Shown here: in pieces, positions 19,116 through 28,402 of the stretch
Layout of the letters: the number at the start of each line of letters is the position of its first letter
Position numbering within the stretch: the stretch's first letter is position 1
Virus record (IMG/VR): IMGVR_UViG_3300020608_000013
Coordinates: 62,001-126,000 of that record
Reading direction: 5' to 3' (one strand)
DNA: 64,000 nt
Notes under the pieces: model-generated
Databases searched by the model: none
Told to the model about the DNA's origin: nothing
Seen by the model: the letters and a program-made list of their open reading frames with translations, nothing else
Translations under genes and position numbers: made by a program

Positions 19116-20483
19116 TTAATGGTTAGCGAAATTGAATATAGCTTTTAAATTACTAGAGAAATCAGTAATCTGTTCACTCGTCATTCTTAAAGGACTAAGT
19201 AGGTCAGTCCCACACTTAGGGAAAACATACTCTTGATAGCTATGTTGATCGCCAGCTAATCCAATTTTAATTACATGTGACTCTCTTGTATCACATGTAA
19301 AGACGTAGGGTATCTCAGAACCCTTACTGAGCGTCTTATAGAAAGTTCGTAAGTGACCTTCTAGACACTTTGTAAGCTCTGGGGTAGCTAAAGTATTGCC
19401 ATTGTTACGTAGTATATACGTAACAACGATGGCTATTTTTTCACGCCCAAAGTTATCCACTTCTCCTGCGGCTGTCGCCGAAAACGCGGCAATATTAAAC
19501 TTCCTATGTATGTTAGGAATTTCTTTATTCAAAGTAGCCGCGCCATGGGATACTAAATCACCTCCACTACCACAATCCGTATCGAACTGTTTATTGAAAG
19601 TAAGCATTTTATTTGGATAGTACTCTAAAATATTATCCATTTGTGGATTCAGCTTTACTAAATCCTGATAATCGAATTGTAACGGGTCGTCGTACGATGA
19701 ATAATTCTTCATCAGTCTGAAGAAATCATCGCTGTACCGCACATCTCCTTTCACTAAGTATGCGCTTCGACGACTTACGTCACCATCATCGGCCAATTTA
19801 TCTAAAGTTTTACCGTGGGTGTAGGCTTGAACTAAATCAGACGAAAACTCTATAGGGCTATCCCAGCCCTGTGAATACATAGCGCTCGCGCCCTGATATA
19901 GGATAGTGGTCTCGTCGATAACATCTTGACTAGACCAGTTATCCTTTTCATCAAAGTACATAGACAGAGGCATTTCTGCATGTCTATTAAGTACACCAGT
20001 GACACTGGCGAGATGTACGTCTTCCCCACGGTCATCCTTTTTCGGACTAATTGTGACGTAAGTTTCGTCATCCAGTTTACTTTTATCTATCATAGGGATT
20101 TTAGTTACCCTTTCTACATGAAAGGTAATATCTGGCGGTAGTCTCTTTTTCAAAAGTAACTCCGATGACGGCGGCATATTTTCAGAATAGACATCTACTT
20201 CATATCGTACCCGTATGTTACGGGCAGTGGTATGCGTGAAATGAATTTTAGCCAGTAATCGATCTATCGACCAACCGCCTGGTATCGAGACTGTACTGGT
20301 TTGGTGGGATAAACCTGCGATGCTTTGGTCGCTGGCACCGTTTAAGATTTGGAGCGTTGAGGTGGTTGGTTCCACACTCATTCTACGCCCCTTTACTGCC
20401 GACGCGAAACCACCATAGGGTTTAACCTTCATCGATGTGATTGTAAACAGTGGCTTATTCGCCATATTTGGTAATTGTAACAT
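19116..20483 (-). CDS. picA: PicA/Imp1-like phage-nucleus protein import factor (phiKZ gp69 position)
   Basis: 455 aa; directly follows the gp68-like gene in the conserved block. Assignment is by synteny and size, not alignment. Confidence 0.6.
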   Translation of the reverse strand: MLQLPNMANKPLFTITSMKVKPYGGFASAVKGRRMSVEPTTSTLQILNGASDQSIAGLSHQTSTVSIPGGWSIDRLLAKIHFTHTTARNIRVRYEVDVYSENMPPSSELLLKKRLPPDITFHVERVTKIPMIDKSKLDDETYVTISPKKDDRGEDVHLASVTGVLNRHAEMPLSMYFDEKDNWSSQDVIDETTILYQGASAMYSQGWDSPIEFSSDLVQAYTHGKTLDKLADDGDVSRRSAYLVKGDVRYSDDFFRLMKNYSSYDDPLQFDYQDLVKLNPQMDNILEYYPNKMLTFNKQFDTDCGSGGDLVSHGAATLNKEIPNIHRKFNIAAFSATAAGEVDNFGREKIAIVVTYILRNNGNTLATPELTKCLEGHLRTFYKTLSKGSEIPYVFTCDTRESHVIKIGLAGDQHSYQEYVFPKCGTDLLSPLRMTSEQITDFSSNLKAIFNFANH

Positions 20484-20485
20484 TG

Positions 20486-21877
20486 CTACCTCTTTTTATC
20501 AATTAAGATGTCGGCGAGAATATACCGAACATCTTTGTTAATTTCTAAAATTTTGTTATCTCTGTACGAATAGTAATCGTACCCGTTTATTAATGCGGTC
20601 ACTTGTCCTATATATGTAACCACCCCTTCGTCACTTAGAGTTTTCACTCTATCTATATCGTCTTTCGTCGATTTTGTCAACCTCCTGGAAATGTGCAACT
20701 GTAAATCTATTTTTTTATGACATACTGCTAACATTATCTCGCTTATTAAAGATGAGAAGTGTACTTTAACATATAACGAGGCTAGGTATGTCACACGATA
20801 AATATCTTTATCGAGAAACTCGATCATTTGAGGGGCAAGCCCATTTAGTATAAACACCCATTTTGTAAGAAGTATGGATGGTTGATTCACATCACCCCCT
20901 ACTGTAACACAGGTGTTGTAATACATCTCATACTCTTCTTCATTAATCAATGAACGATCCAACCCCAGATACTCAGGTAAGTTGGTGTTTAAGAGAAATT
21001 TTAGCTCTTCTATTTCACCCGCACTTAACTTACGCGCCCCTTTAATCGCCTCATAAATAGAAATTTTATCGTTAGGGTTTTTACGAGCATTGTCTAATGA
21101 CTGACTCATATCCCTCCACTTACTCGTGGTATTTAATTTAGCCAACACAGACCTATATATTCTCGTAATAAGGTTATCCTCACCATCGATAGGTGCGAGC
21201 GGTGCAGTTCTGACCAATACCATTGAAAGTAAGTACTCGTTGAGTGTTATAGAAGTTATCTCCGTATCAATCGCTAACTGAGGGTTAACTTTAACATCTG
21301 ATAAGTAGGCTGTGTATCTACTGACCTTTGCGTATGGCGGGAGTTTTTTTATATCGTCTTCCAGTAAATCGACAATAACTTGCGAGTATTTGTATGTACC
21401 GTATAACCGCGAGTAAGCTATTATCGCAGTTGCCATAATAGGACTAATACCCCTTAAAGCTATAATAAAACCTATTAATTCTATATAAGCTTTATTGTCA
21501 TAGGTTAAATCCTCATGGTATTTATAACTCCATTGCCCATTTTTTTCAACATCAATTTTTGGTAAACAATCTAAGGCATACTGCCTGTATTTATAAAATA
21601 TTCTAAACGCGATTGAGAAAATAGAACTTAACTTCTCAGTGTGTTCAAGGGGTGTCTCTAATAATATGTTCGCATATTTAAACATATCAAATAGAGCACG
21701 ACTAGTTTCATCGTCCAGTTTCCCCAAAAGAATATTAATCACTTCGTACGGATCGTTTTTAAAACTAGGTCTACTGTAACCTGAATTAAAACGAATGCAT
21801 TCACCTTTATATAAAACTTCTATATATAAAGGCGAGGGATCATATAACCCACTTACCCTATAATTGATTTTACTCAT
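20486..21877 (-). CDS. Non-virion RNAP promoter-specificity (sigma-like) subunit (phiKZ gp68 position)
   Basis: 463-aa helical protein with GGAGG RBS and its own TATATTAT motif; syntenic between chmC and picA. Confidence 0.6.
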   Translation of the reverse strand: MSKINYRVSGLYDPSPLYIEVLYKGECIRFNSGYSRPSFKNDPYEVINILLGKLDDETSRALFDMFKYANILLETPLEHTEKLSSIFSIAFRIFYKYRQYALDCLPKIDVEKNGQWSYKYHEDLTYDNKAYIELIGFIIALRGISPIMATAIIAYSRLYGTYKYSQVIVDLLEDDIKKLPPYAKVSRYTAYLSDVKVNPQLAIDTEITSITLNEYLLSMVLVRTAPLAPIDGEDNLITRIYRSVLAKLNTTSKWRDMSQSLDNARKNPNDKISIYEAIKGARKLSAGEIEELKFLLNTNLPEYLGLDRSLINEEEYEMYYNTCVTVGGDVNQPSILLTKWVFILNGLAPQMIEFLDKDIYRVTYLASLYVKVHFSSLISEIMLAVCHKKIDLQLHISRRLTKSTKDDIDRVKTLSDEGVVTYIGQVTALINGYDYYSYRDNKILEINKDVRYILADILIDKKR

Positions 21878-21894
21878 AAAATACCTCCATATAA

Positions 21895-21902
21895 ATAATA
21901 TA
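21895..21902 (-). promoter_or_regulatory. Putative early promoter motif TATATTAT
   Basis: AAACA-TATATTAT, 18 nt upstream of the gp68-like start; one of seven similarly placed copies. Confidence 0.55.
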
Positions 21903-21924
21903 TGTTTATAAATATATAAATTAG

Positions 21925-21955
21925 ATAGCGTGGTAGGTCTTACCTACTACGCTAT
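21925..21955. terminator. Terminator hairpin downstream of chmC
   Basis: 14-bp stem ATAGCGTGGTAGGT/ACCTACTACGCTAT (one non-Watson-Crick position) with a 3-nt loop. Confidence 0.65.
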
Positions 21956-21959
21956 ATGT

Positions 21960-22571
21960 TTAATAAGGTATTTGATCTGAGTAATCATCTGCGTTGTTTG
22001 ATGTATTACTATTATAACCGTTGTTCTTATCATTACCAGTTGGTACTTCTACTTTACCTGCCTCTATTAGATAAGTTTGTCGCATGTGTTCAACATCAAT
22101 CACTTCTTGACACCTTAGTAAGGTATCGCACCAATTACGGAAAAAATTCGTCGAAACTACATTAAGCGGTACCTCCGCTTTATTTAACATAAGTTTAACC
22201 CAAGGGGGCGGGCGAAAGTTTATTCTTGTAGTTCCGTCCTCTGTTTTCATCAGAATGTTAAAAACACCTCCCTCATCTTTACTAAAAGATAATATTCGGC
22301 TTTCCTCACTATCTTTCGTCTTTACAAGAATCGTGTAGTCTGTACGACCCTCACGCTCATTCATTTTATCAGTAATCGTTTTGAACGCCACAAAGTTGTT
22401 CTTATGGGTAGACAGTTTAAGATTATTACCATCTTCACGTTGGTGTGTCCAATAGTTAAACGTGAATAAACTTGTTGATGGCGAATACACTACATGGATA
22501 GTTCCTTTATCATTAGAGACTCGACAATCTGGTATACTAATGAAAATTGGGGGGGCTTCTTGTTTTCGCAT
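21960..22571 (-). CDS. chmC: ChmC-like nucleic-acid-binding protein (phiKZ gp67 position) with N-rich tail ending DDYSDQIPY
   Basis: Beta-rich core, Asn-rich disordered tail, SSB-like acidic C-terminus; syntenic just before gp68. Confidence 0.6.
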   Translation of the reverse strand: MRKQEAPPIFISIPDCRVSNDKGTIHVVYSPSTSLFTFNYWTHQREDGNNLKLSTHKNNFVAFKTITDKMNEREGRTDYTILVKTKDSEESRILSFSKDEGGVFNILMKTEDGTTRINFRPPPWVKLMLNKAEVPLNVVSTNFFRNWCDTLLRCQEVIDVEHMRQTYLIEAGKVEVPTGNDKNNGYNSNTSNNADDYSDQIPY

Positions 22572-22604
22572 AATGAGTACTCCTTCGTACTTTTTAACAT
22601 TATA

Positions 22605-23441
22605 TTAATTATACTTGTATTTAATTACAGGTTTTATAAAATCACGGAGGTATGGGTCGTCTTCACGACTCAGTTGTTGTTTAACGAGACCGACACCCGT
22701 AGAAGGTGTCCATCTATATTTCCTACTAAGTTGTTCGACAATTAACCTAGTTTTAATCGGTGCTGCGGTATAGGTCGCACGATCGCCAAAAACTAAGAGT
22801 AGTATAAGGTTAAAAGGTAGTCTTGAAAGATCAATGTTCGTCTTACCTGCTCGCTTGACATATTTCGTATTCCATAAATCATGCGTTTTAACTTTACCCG
22901 TATGTGTTTCAAGTAAACACGATCGTCTATCTGCAATAACGAGGTCATTAACGCGGTGGGTTATTATTAACCCACGTTCTATGCGATAAAGGCGTTCCGT
23001 ATATACATAGTCACTCGATAGCGTAAAGTTATTAATAAAGCTCTCTAACACAGAGTTTGTATATCGTACAACCTTCGCTTTTGATTTACGCAAAAAACGT
23101 TTATCTATATCCACTTCACTTTGTTTAAAAAACAATACCTCTTTATCTTTTGTTGATTCATTTAACTTAAATGTATCTTGTAGTAACTCTAACTCAAGTA
23201 TTAGATCGTCAACAAACAAAACATCTGCAACATCTTCCACGCGTGTAAAACTGGTCACATAATTACGGACAATGGTTTCAATATTTATATAAATAGTTTC
23301 GTACGCGCTCACATCGGGTACGGGTAATGGTTTATTCTCACCATTAACCTCTTCAGTTGGAGAATACAATCCTTCGAGACCTAAAGATGTCCCAATAGAA
23401 AGACCGCTATCACCAACCTCCCTCTCATTGTTCTTGCTCAT
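22605..23441 (-). CDS. Conserved phiKZ gp66-like protein, possible PIN/FEN-fold nuclease
   Basis: 278 aa, YINIETIVRNY motif, follows sbcD as in phiKZ. Confidence 0.5.
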   Translation of the reverse strand: MSKNNEREVGDSGLSIGTSLGLEGLYSPTEEVNGENKPLPVPDVSAYETIYINIETIVRNYVTSFTRVEDVADVLFVDDLILELELLQDTFKLNESTKDKEVLFFKQSEVDIDKRFLRKSKAKVVRYTNSVLESFINNFTLSSDYVYTERLYRIERGLIITHRVNDLVIADRRSCLLETHTGKVKTHDLWNTKYVKRAGKTNIDLSRLPFNLILLLVFGDRATYTAAPIKTRLIVEQLSRKYRWTPSTGVGLVKQQLSREDDPYLRDFIKPVIKYKYN

Positions 23442-24510
23442 CTATTATATTTTTAAACTCCTCTTTTAGTAATATAGGACTATCCACGACAGATAGTTCA
23501 GGCTCAACTAGAAGCTTGTAAAGCGACTCTGGTGTGTAATGGTGTTGATCTGTCGTAGTATATTCCACTATGACAGACTGAGGTTTTTCGACCATCTCCA
23601 TTTCATACTGTATAATGTAAGTAGGGTAACGTCTATCAATCTCTCTAAAGACATTAGCTAGATACAACGCCTCTTTCATAATAATTTTGAATTGAGACCC
23701 ACTTTTAACATGACCTACTCGTTCAATCTCACTGTAAAGCATCATTAGATCATCAGCTTCGCTGTTAATTGTTATGAACGGTAATGCGTTATCATTATAA
23801 AGTCTTTGATAGGTTGCCTGATCACCTATTAAAGTGCTCAATACACCACCCTTACGCTCACTTTCCCCAAAACGTATACGATCGAAAGAATTTGTTGAAA
23901 TAATTCGATCAAATGTTTTATCGTTATGGATGTGTCCTGTATGAATAAAATATCGAGTGATTGCTAAATAAGCGACTGACGAGTGTGCGGCTGCTGAAGT
24001 AACGGGTAATTGAAAATCAAATTCTCCGTGTACAAAAGTATAGTCCACTTGGTCGAGATTACGCTCCTTTAATAATTCGTACACTTCTTCTAGCGTTTTA
24101 CTACTATCACCATTCCATCGATCTGGAATAAATAGCGCATTCAACCCATTTTCTAAAGTGACGATGGATAATTTATCAATGTAGTATACTATCGCATTAA
24201 TGCCGAACAGGTTATTGAAATGTCGAAATAACTCGTGTTGTTTCCAATCGTGCGAAGGTGTACCGTTTAGTAAATAAGTGACAATCCCTTTACTCTTAGC
24301 AAAATGGAGATACCACCTAATGAACTCGTAAAGCGCCAATGATGCTTTAGAATACATTTGTTGCTGTCCATCTGTAAAATCACCTAAAAAGAAAACATAA
24401 TCAGGAGTATGTTTTTCAACATACTCCTTTAACCAAACTTTTAGATTATCTAATATAAAAGGATTGCGCTTATGCCCACTATGGACATCGCTCACAATAA
24501 GAAATACCAT
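23425..24510 (-). CDS. sbcD: SbcD/Mre11-like metallophosphoesterase nuclease (phiKZ gp65-like)
   Basis: VSDVH, LGDF, NGTPSHD, VHG and HTGHIH metal-binding motifs. Confidence 0.9.
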   Translation of the reverse strand: MVFLIVSDVHSGHKRNPFILDNLKVWLKEYVEKHTPDYVFFLGDFTDGQQQMYSKASLALYEFIRWYLHFAKSKGIVTYLLNGTPSHDWKQHELFRHFNNLFGINAIVYYIDKLSIVTLENGLNALFIPDRWNGDSSKTLEEVYELLKERNLDQVDYTFVHGEFDFQLPVTSAAAHSSVAYLAITRYFIHTGHIHNDKTFDRIISTNSFDRIRFGESERKGGVLSTLIGDQATYQRLYNDNALPFITINSEADDLMMLYSEIERVGHVKSGSQFKIIMKEALYLANVFREIDRRYPTYIIQYEMEMVEKPQSVIVEYTTTDQHHYTPESLYKLLVEPELSVVDSPILLKEEFKNIIDEQEQ

Positions 24511-25085
24511 TATTCAACCATATCATCTAAATACGTGTTGTCAGTACCCGCAACACTAACAGCTTCCTCATTAACTACATCACCACCCTCATCATCTTCT
24601 AAAACATTCATCGTCAGACCATAGTCTTTTGCAATCGCGTTCCATTGCTTACGATGTTCTTCGTTGCCAGGGTGTTTAATAGTTTCTCGACACATCGCCT
24701 CTACATTGTCGAAGAGTTTATTCTTCGCATCTATTACGGCTAAATCCAATTCTGGTCGATTCGCTAACACAATCAACTGTTTATCAATCCCATTTTTACA
24801 CGCGTGTTCGATAGGGATAGTTGGTACTAATGGTGGTAAAATATATCTCAATTCATTTGTCTCATCATCTCGTATTTCTATTGATGAATAGATGGCGTTA
24901 AACCACCCTCTATTATTTAAAACATTAGAGATGTCGTCGACAGTAATTTCACCCTCCCCTAGTTGTTTTAAACAAGGTATCATAATACGCTCGAAAAAAG
25001 ATAAGGGTAATACCACTTTTTCATTTTTAATATTATCGAAAATCGTATTGACTTCTTCATTCATCGTAGTTAACATTTCAGTCAT
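24510..25085 (-). CDS. Conserved hypothetical protein (gp64 position) with acidic tail
   Basis: 191 aa, coupled to its neighbours, YILPPL motif. Confidence 0.6.
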   Translation of the reverse strand: MTEMLTTMNEEVNTIFDNIKNEKVVLPLSFFERIMIPCLKQLGEGEITVDDISNVLNNRGWFNAIYSSIEIRDDETNELRYILPPLVPTIPIEHACKNGIDKQLIVLANRPELDLAVIDAKNKLFDNVEAMCRETIKHPGNEEHRKQWNAIAKDYGLTMNVLEDDEGGDVVNEEAVSVAGTDNTYLDDMVE

Positions 25086-25870
25086 TCTTCAATCACCTTC
25101 GTTTTAAATTCACTTAATAATAAATCAATTACTCTATTCATACCATCAATTAAACGACGCTCTTTTCCTAACGCAATTAAAAGACCTTTAGAGCAATTAA
25201 TGTAATTTGCTTTAATAGCGCCCAACTCCATACGTTGCGTCTTTGTTAGAGTATTGCCTATTGTTACTAGACTAACTAAAAAACCTACATCTTTTTCAGG
25301 CGAACCGATGCGTCGTGTAATTCTAGGTAGCGCTTTCTCGATAACAGCTACGTTTTTATCGAGTGTCCCTATCCAATCTGTTTTTGAAAATGTTTTAAAA
25401 AAATTACCAAAAACAGGTGCTGTGCCACTCCCTACATGTAACGTAGTTAGTGTGTTCTTAGGATCAACATTTTCATTCAATTCATGGACAGCATTATAAA
25501 AACTGTCAACCTCCTCATTATATTTCTCACACTGAGTAATAAAAGACAATAACCCATCTTGATAAAGTTGCACCTCTGAAGACTTAAGTGTTCTGTGATC
25601 GAGTAATAGTAGATTGATGTTAACCACTAAACTCTCTCTAGCAGAGGCTAGATTAGCGAAACTATCCATTACCCAATTGAGTGTCTCCACATAATCTAAT
25701 AGCGTAACCGTAGTCCCTGTCAGTCGTTTGATATTAGAGTGGAATGTTATATCGAAAGCTATATTATTTTTAGCCTTCACTAATTGCTTAACTGTGCTTT
25801 TATCTGCATTAGTAAACAGTTTAAGTATGTCACGCACACCCTCTAAACTATACCCATCATTCATTTTCAT
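25082..25870 (-). CDS. Hypothetical helical protein
   Basis: Start taken at ATG 25870 (or 25864) to reduce overlap with the upstream gene; inside the coupled operon. Confidence 0.6.
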   Translation of the reverse strand: MKMNDGYSLEGVRDILKLFTNADKSTVKQLVKAKNNIAFDITFHSNIKRLTGTTVTLLDYVETLNWVMDSFANLASARESLVVNINLLLLDHRTLKSSEVQLYQDGLLSFITQCEKYNEEVDSFYNAVHELNENVDPKNTLTTLHVGSGTAPVFGNFFKTFSKTDWIGTLDKNVAVIEKALPRITRRIGSPEKDVGFLVSLVTIGNTLTKTQRMELGAIKANYINCSKGLLIALGKERRLIDGMNRVIDLLLSEFKTKVIEE

Positions 25871-26273
25871 ACACTCGTTTAGTATAAGTACCATACGTTA
25901 CAATGCGGTTTAGGTTGACTGTCTCGCCTTTATACGCTAAACCTAAGTAGATGTTTAGAATAGTGTTTGTCTTGTCAACCGTTTTTGTATTCTCTGTCAC
26001 CTCGACTTCAACATCGTCGAATACTGTACTATAATATCGTTTTATAGACAGTGTTATTTTCCGAATAATTTCATTAATGTCACTACTCCCGACACTCATC
26101 ATTACGTTCGGTAGGGAGTCAACATATTGGTATAATTCGTACGATTGTGAGTACTCGCTACATAGATAGTATGCGAACATTCTATCGGCAATAGCGAGTA
26201 GATCGAGTGACGGAGACAACATCACTGTCTCATCTAACGTTAATAAAACAGCGTTGTTTCCGTCATCATTCAT
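25857..26273 (-). CDS. Conserved phiKZ gp62-like small protein
   Basis: 138 aa, GGAGG RBS in the upstream gene's 3' end; syntenic. Confidence 0.55.
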   Translation of the reverse strand: MNDDGNNAVLLTLDETVMLSPSLDLLAIADRMFAYYLCSEYSQSYELYQYVDSLPNVMMSVGSSDINEIIRKITLSIKRYYSTVFDDVEVEVTENTKTVDKTNTILNIYLGLAYKGETVNLNRIVTYGTYTKRVYENE

Positions 26274-26897
26274 TTAAAATTTACCTCCTAGTGGGTCTGT
26301 AGGATCAAGGCCGTCCTCAATCATCAATTCTTGAAGCGCTTGTGCCTCAAGTAAATCTAGGCGATCGTTGTTTTCTATTTTTTTCGGTAAAATACTCGAA
26401 CGGTACTTCCTTGCCGAGTACTCACCTACTTCATGTTGAAGCCTTGCACCATTGTTAACAGCTTGGTAAGTAATATCTTCCGCTGGTTCTATAGTGGCTA
26501 TTGAACGTGGTACGGAGTCGTTGAATCCGTACAACCGTTCTTGACCAATATATCTTTTAACGACAGGACTCGTTAAAAGATAAGGTCTTAGTTCTGGTGC
26601 GATCAATTGTATTTCTTTAGTTTCTAACGCTTCCTCTAGGACAGTAGCGCAATATAAATAACTACTCGTTGAGTTGTAGAGGACATCTAACTCACCCAAC
26701 TCACTAATATTTTTAGTGAGGCTAACGCTACCGAGCGCGTCACTTAGTATCTTTTTACTGATACCCTCATTTACGTTCAATTCAAGCTCACTATTCCTTT
26801 TCTGGAAATACTTCAAGTCATCGACAACTTGCTGATAGTTCCCCGAAGACCCTAATTCAAACCCAAAAAATGCATGTCGTTCATCATATATTTTCAT
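26274..26897 (-). CDS. Conserved gp59/Imp3-like protein
   Basis: 207 aa directly after the gp55-like gene; C-terminal DGLDPTDP motif. Synteny-based. Confidence 0.5.
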   Translation of the reverse strand: MKIYDERHAFFGFELGSSGNYQQVVDDLKYFQKRNSELELNVNEGISKKILSDALGSVSLTKNISELGELDVLYNSTSSYLYCATVLEEALETKEIQLIAPELRPYLLTSPVVKRYIGQERLYGFNDSVPRSIATIEPAEDITYQAVNNGARLQHEVGEYSARKYRSSILPKKIENNDRLDLLEAQALQELMIEDGLDPTDPLGGKF

Positions 26898-28387
26898 TAC
26901 TCGTCCTCATCTAACCATCGACTTATTGTTTCTAGAGCAGGCATCGCTACCTCTACATTTCTACTAATTTTACCAGGCGTGTCTAGAACAAAAGCATTTC
27001 TATAAATATTGAACTTTTCTTGCTCTAACTGCACACGGTCAATTTTAATAGCGCAGGCTATGTGGTCGCCGTCGTGATCACCACTCACAGCAGGTAGTAC
27101 GAGACTATGCACTGAAATAGTGTAGTCGCTCACATTCGACTTCACGCCCCCTATAAAGAACCGATTGCGTGACCCGAACAACATCGTTGGGAAACGCACG
27201 CCTACACCAGGAAACCCTTTAGGACTATAGCCACCCTTAATAAGGCTATCCATTAGACCAGCTAACCAAGGACAATACACATCGTGCTTATAATACAAAT
27301 ATTTTATAATTTGATTATGTGTCCAAGGTTTTTCACCTCGTTCTATAATAGAGCGGTTCATTAGATTTACTAAATGTAATCTAAAAATAGCTATCCCAAT
27401 ATTCCAAGGAATGAATATTTGTTCTGGGTCGGAGAAGCGCTCTACCGAGGAAATGACAGCATACATAGTGAAATTACTACGTGAGGCGAATATATGTTTA
27501 CGATATAAGCCCTCAGGACCGCCTAAGCGATCTTTTATTTGTGCGTCGTAATATTTTATTAACAACATATATGCTTTACTCAAGCGATTCTCATCTCGTT
27601 TTTCAGGGCGTTGTGTGGTTAAATTACGCAAAACGATAATAGCCTGTGTAGCACTATCTGTGGAGAAATCGAGATAGCTACACATACTAAACTCTTCGAG
27701 AACAATTAGGTGTTTATCAGGTAATGGTAAATGTACTGACAAGAAACTCTCGTGATAGGCCATGAACAGTTCATGGAATATTTCACTACCCTTCTTCTTA
27801 AACTTCTTACACCCATTTAACTTTTCATAGATTTCAAGATAATTCTGTGTGAAGTAGGTTAGTCCTCGTTTAATACCTAAACTCTCAACTGTTTCGTAAA
27901 GCATGGCAGCTTTCGCATTAGCGGGTTTATCAATACTCGTGTCAATCAAGTATTCAATAATATTTGTCCTGAATACCGTAAAACGATCCATTAACTTGGA
28001 TAACATTTTCATATTCGGGTTAAGGGACATACCCTCTAATTGCTTAAACCACAACCGTGTCCCGTCAGGTATACTAGGCGCATCTTTAACAGGCTCGTTG
28101 CATTTTGGACATATTCTACCCACAAGATGTGCGCCTTTCAACGCAATGTTTTCAGGACAAGCGCACTTAGGTATGTATATCCTATCACTGTCGCTGTCAG
28201 TATAACTCACACTGACCAGTTCTCTCATTTTTGTCGTTGGAGGGACGGTTGATAATTCTACTACACGGTACAATTTCGCCATCCGTTCGTAGTACTCATC
28301 GCCATTCACGACTACTTCAATAACGGGCACATTCTTACTCCTATTAATTTCACGAACAAAAAAAATATAGTCGTCATGCGTTAACAT
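26897..28387 (-). CDS. Non-virion RNA polymerase beta' subunit, N-terminal/catalytic part (phiKZ gp55-like)
   Basis: Zinc finger PKCAC...ICPKC, GLYRKHIFASR, RFPTM, catalytic DxDGD as SGDHDGD. Confidence 0.9.
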   Translation of the reverse strand: MLTHDDYIFFVREINRSKNVPVIEVVVNGDEYYERMAKLYRVVELSTVPPTTKMRELVSVSYTDSDSDRIYIPKCACPENIALKGAHLVGRICPKCNEPVKDAPSIPDGTRLWFKQLEGMSLNPNMKMLSKLMDRFTVFRTNIIEYLIDTSIDKPANAKAAMLYETVESLGIKRGLTYFTQNYLEIYEKLNGCKKFKKKGSEIFHELFMAYHESFLSVHLPLPDKHLIVLEEFSMCSYLDFSTDSATQAIIVLRNLTTQRPEKRDENRLSKAYMLLIKYYDAQIKDRLGGPEGLYRKHIFASRSNFTMYAVISSVERFSDPEQIFIPWNIGIAIFRLHLVNLMNRSIIERGEKPWTHNQIIKYLYYKHDVYCPWLAGLMDSLIKGGYSPKGFPGVGVRFPTMLFGSRNRFFIGGVKSNVSDYTISVHSLVLPAVSGDHDGDHIACAIKIDRVQLEQEKFNIYRNAFVLDTPGKISRNVEVAMPALETISRWLDEDE

Positions 28388-28402
28388 GACGACTATTATT
28401 TG

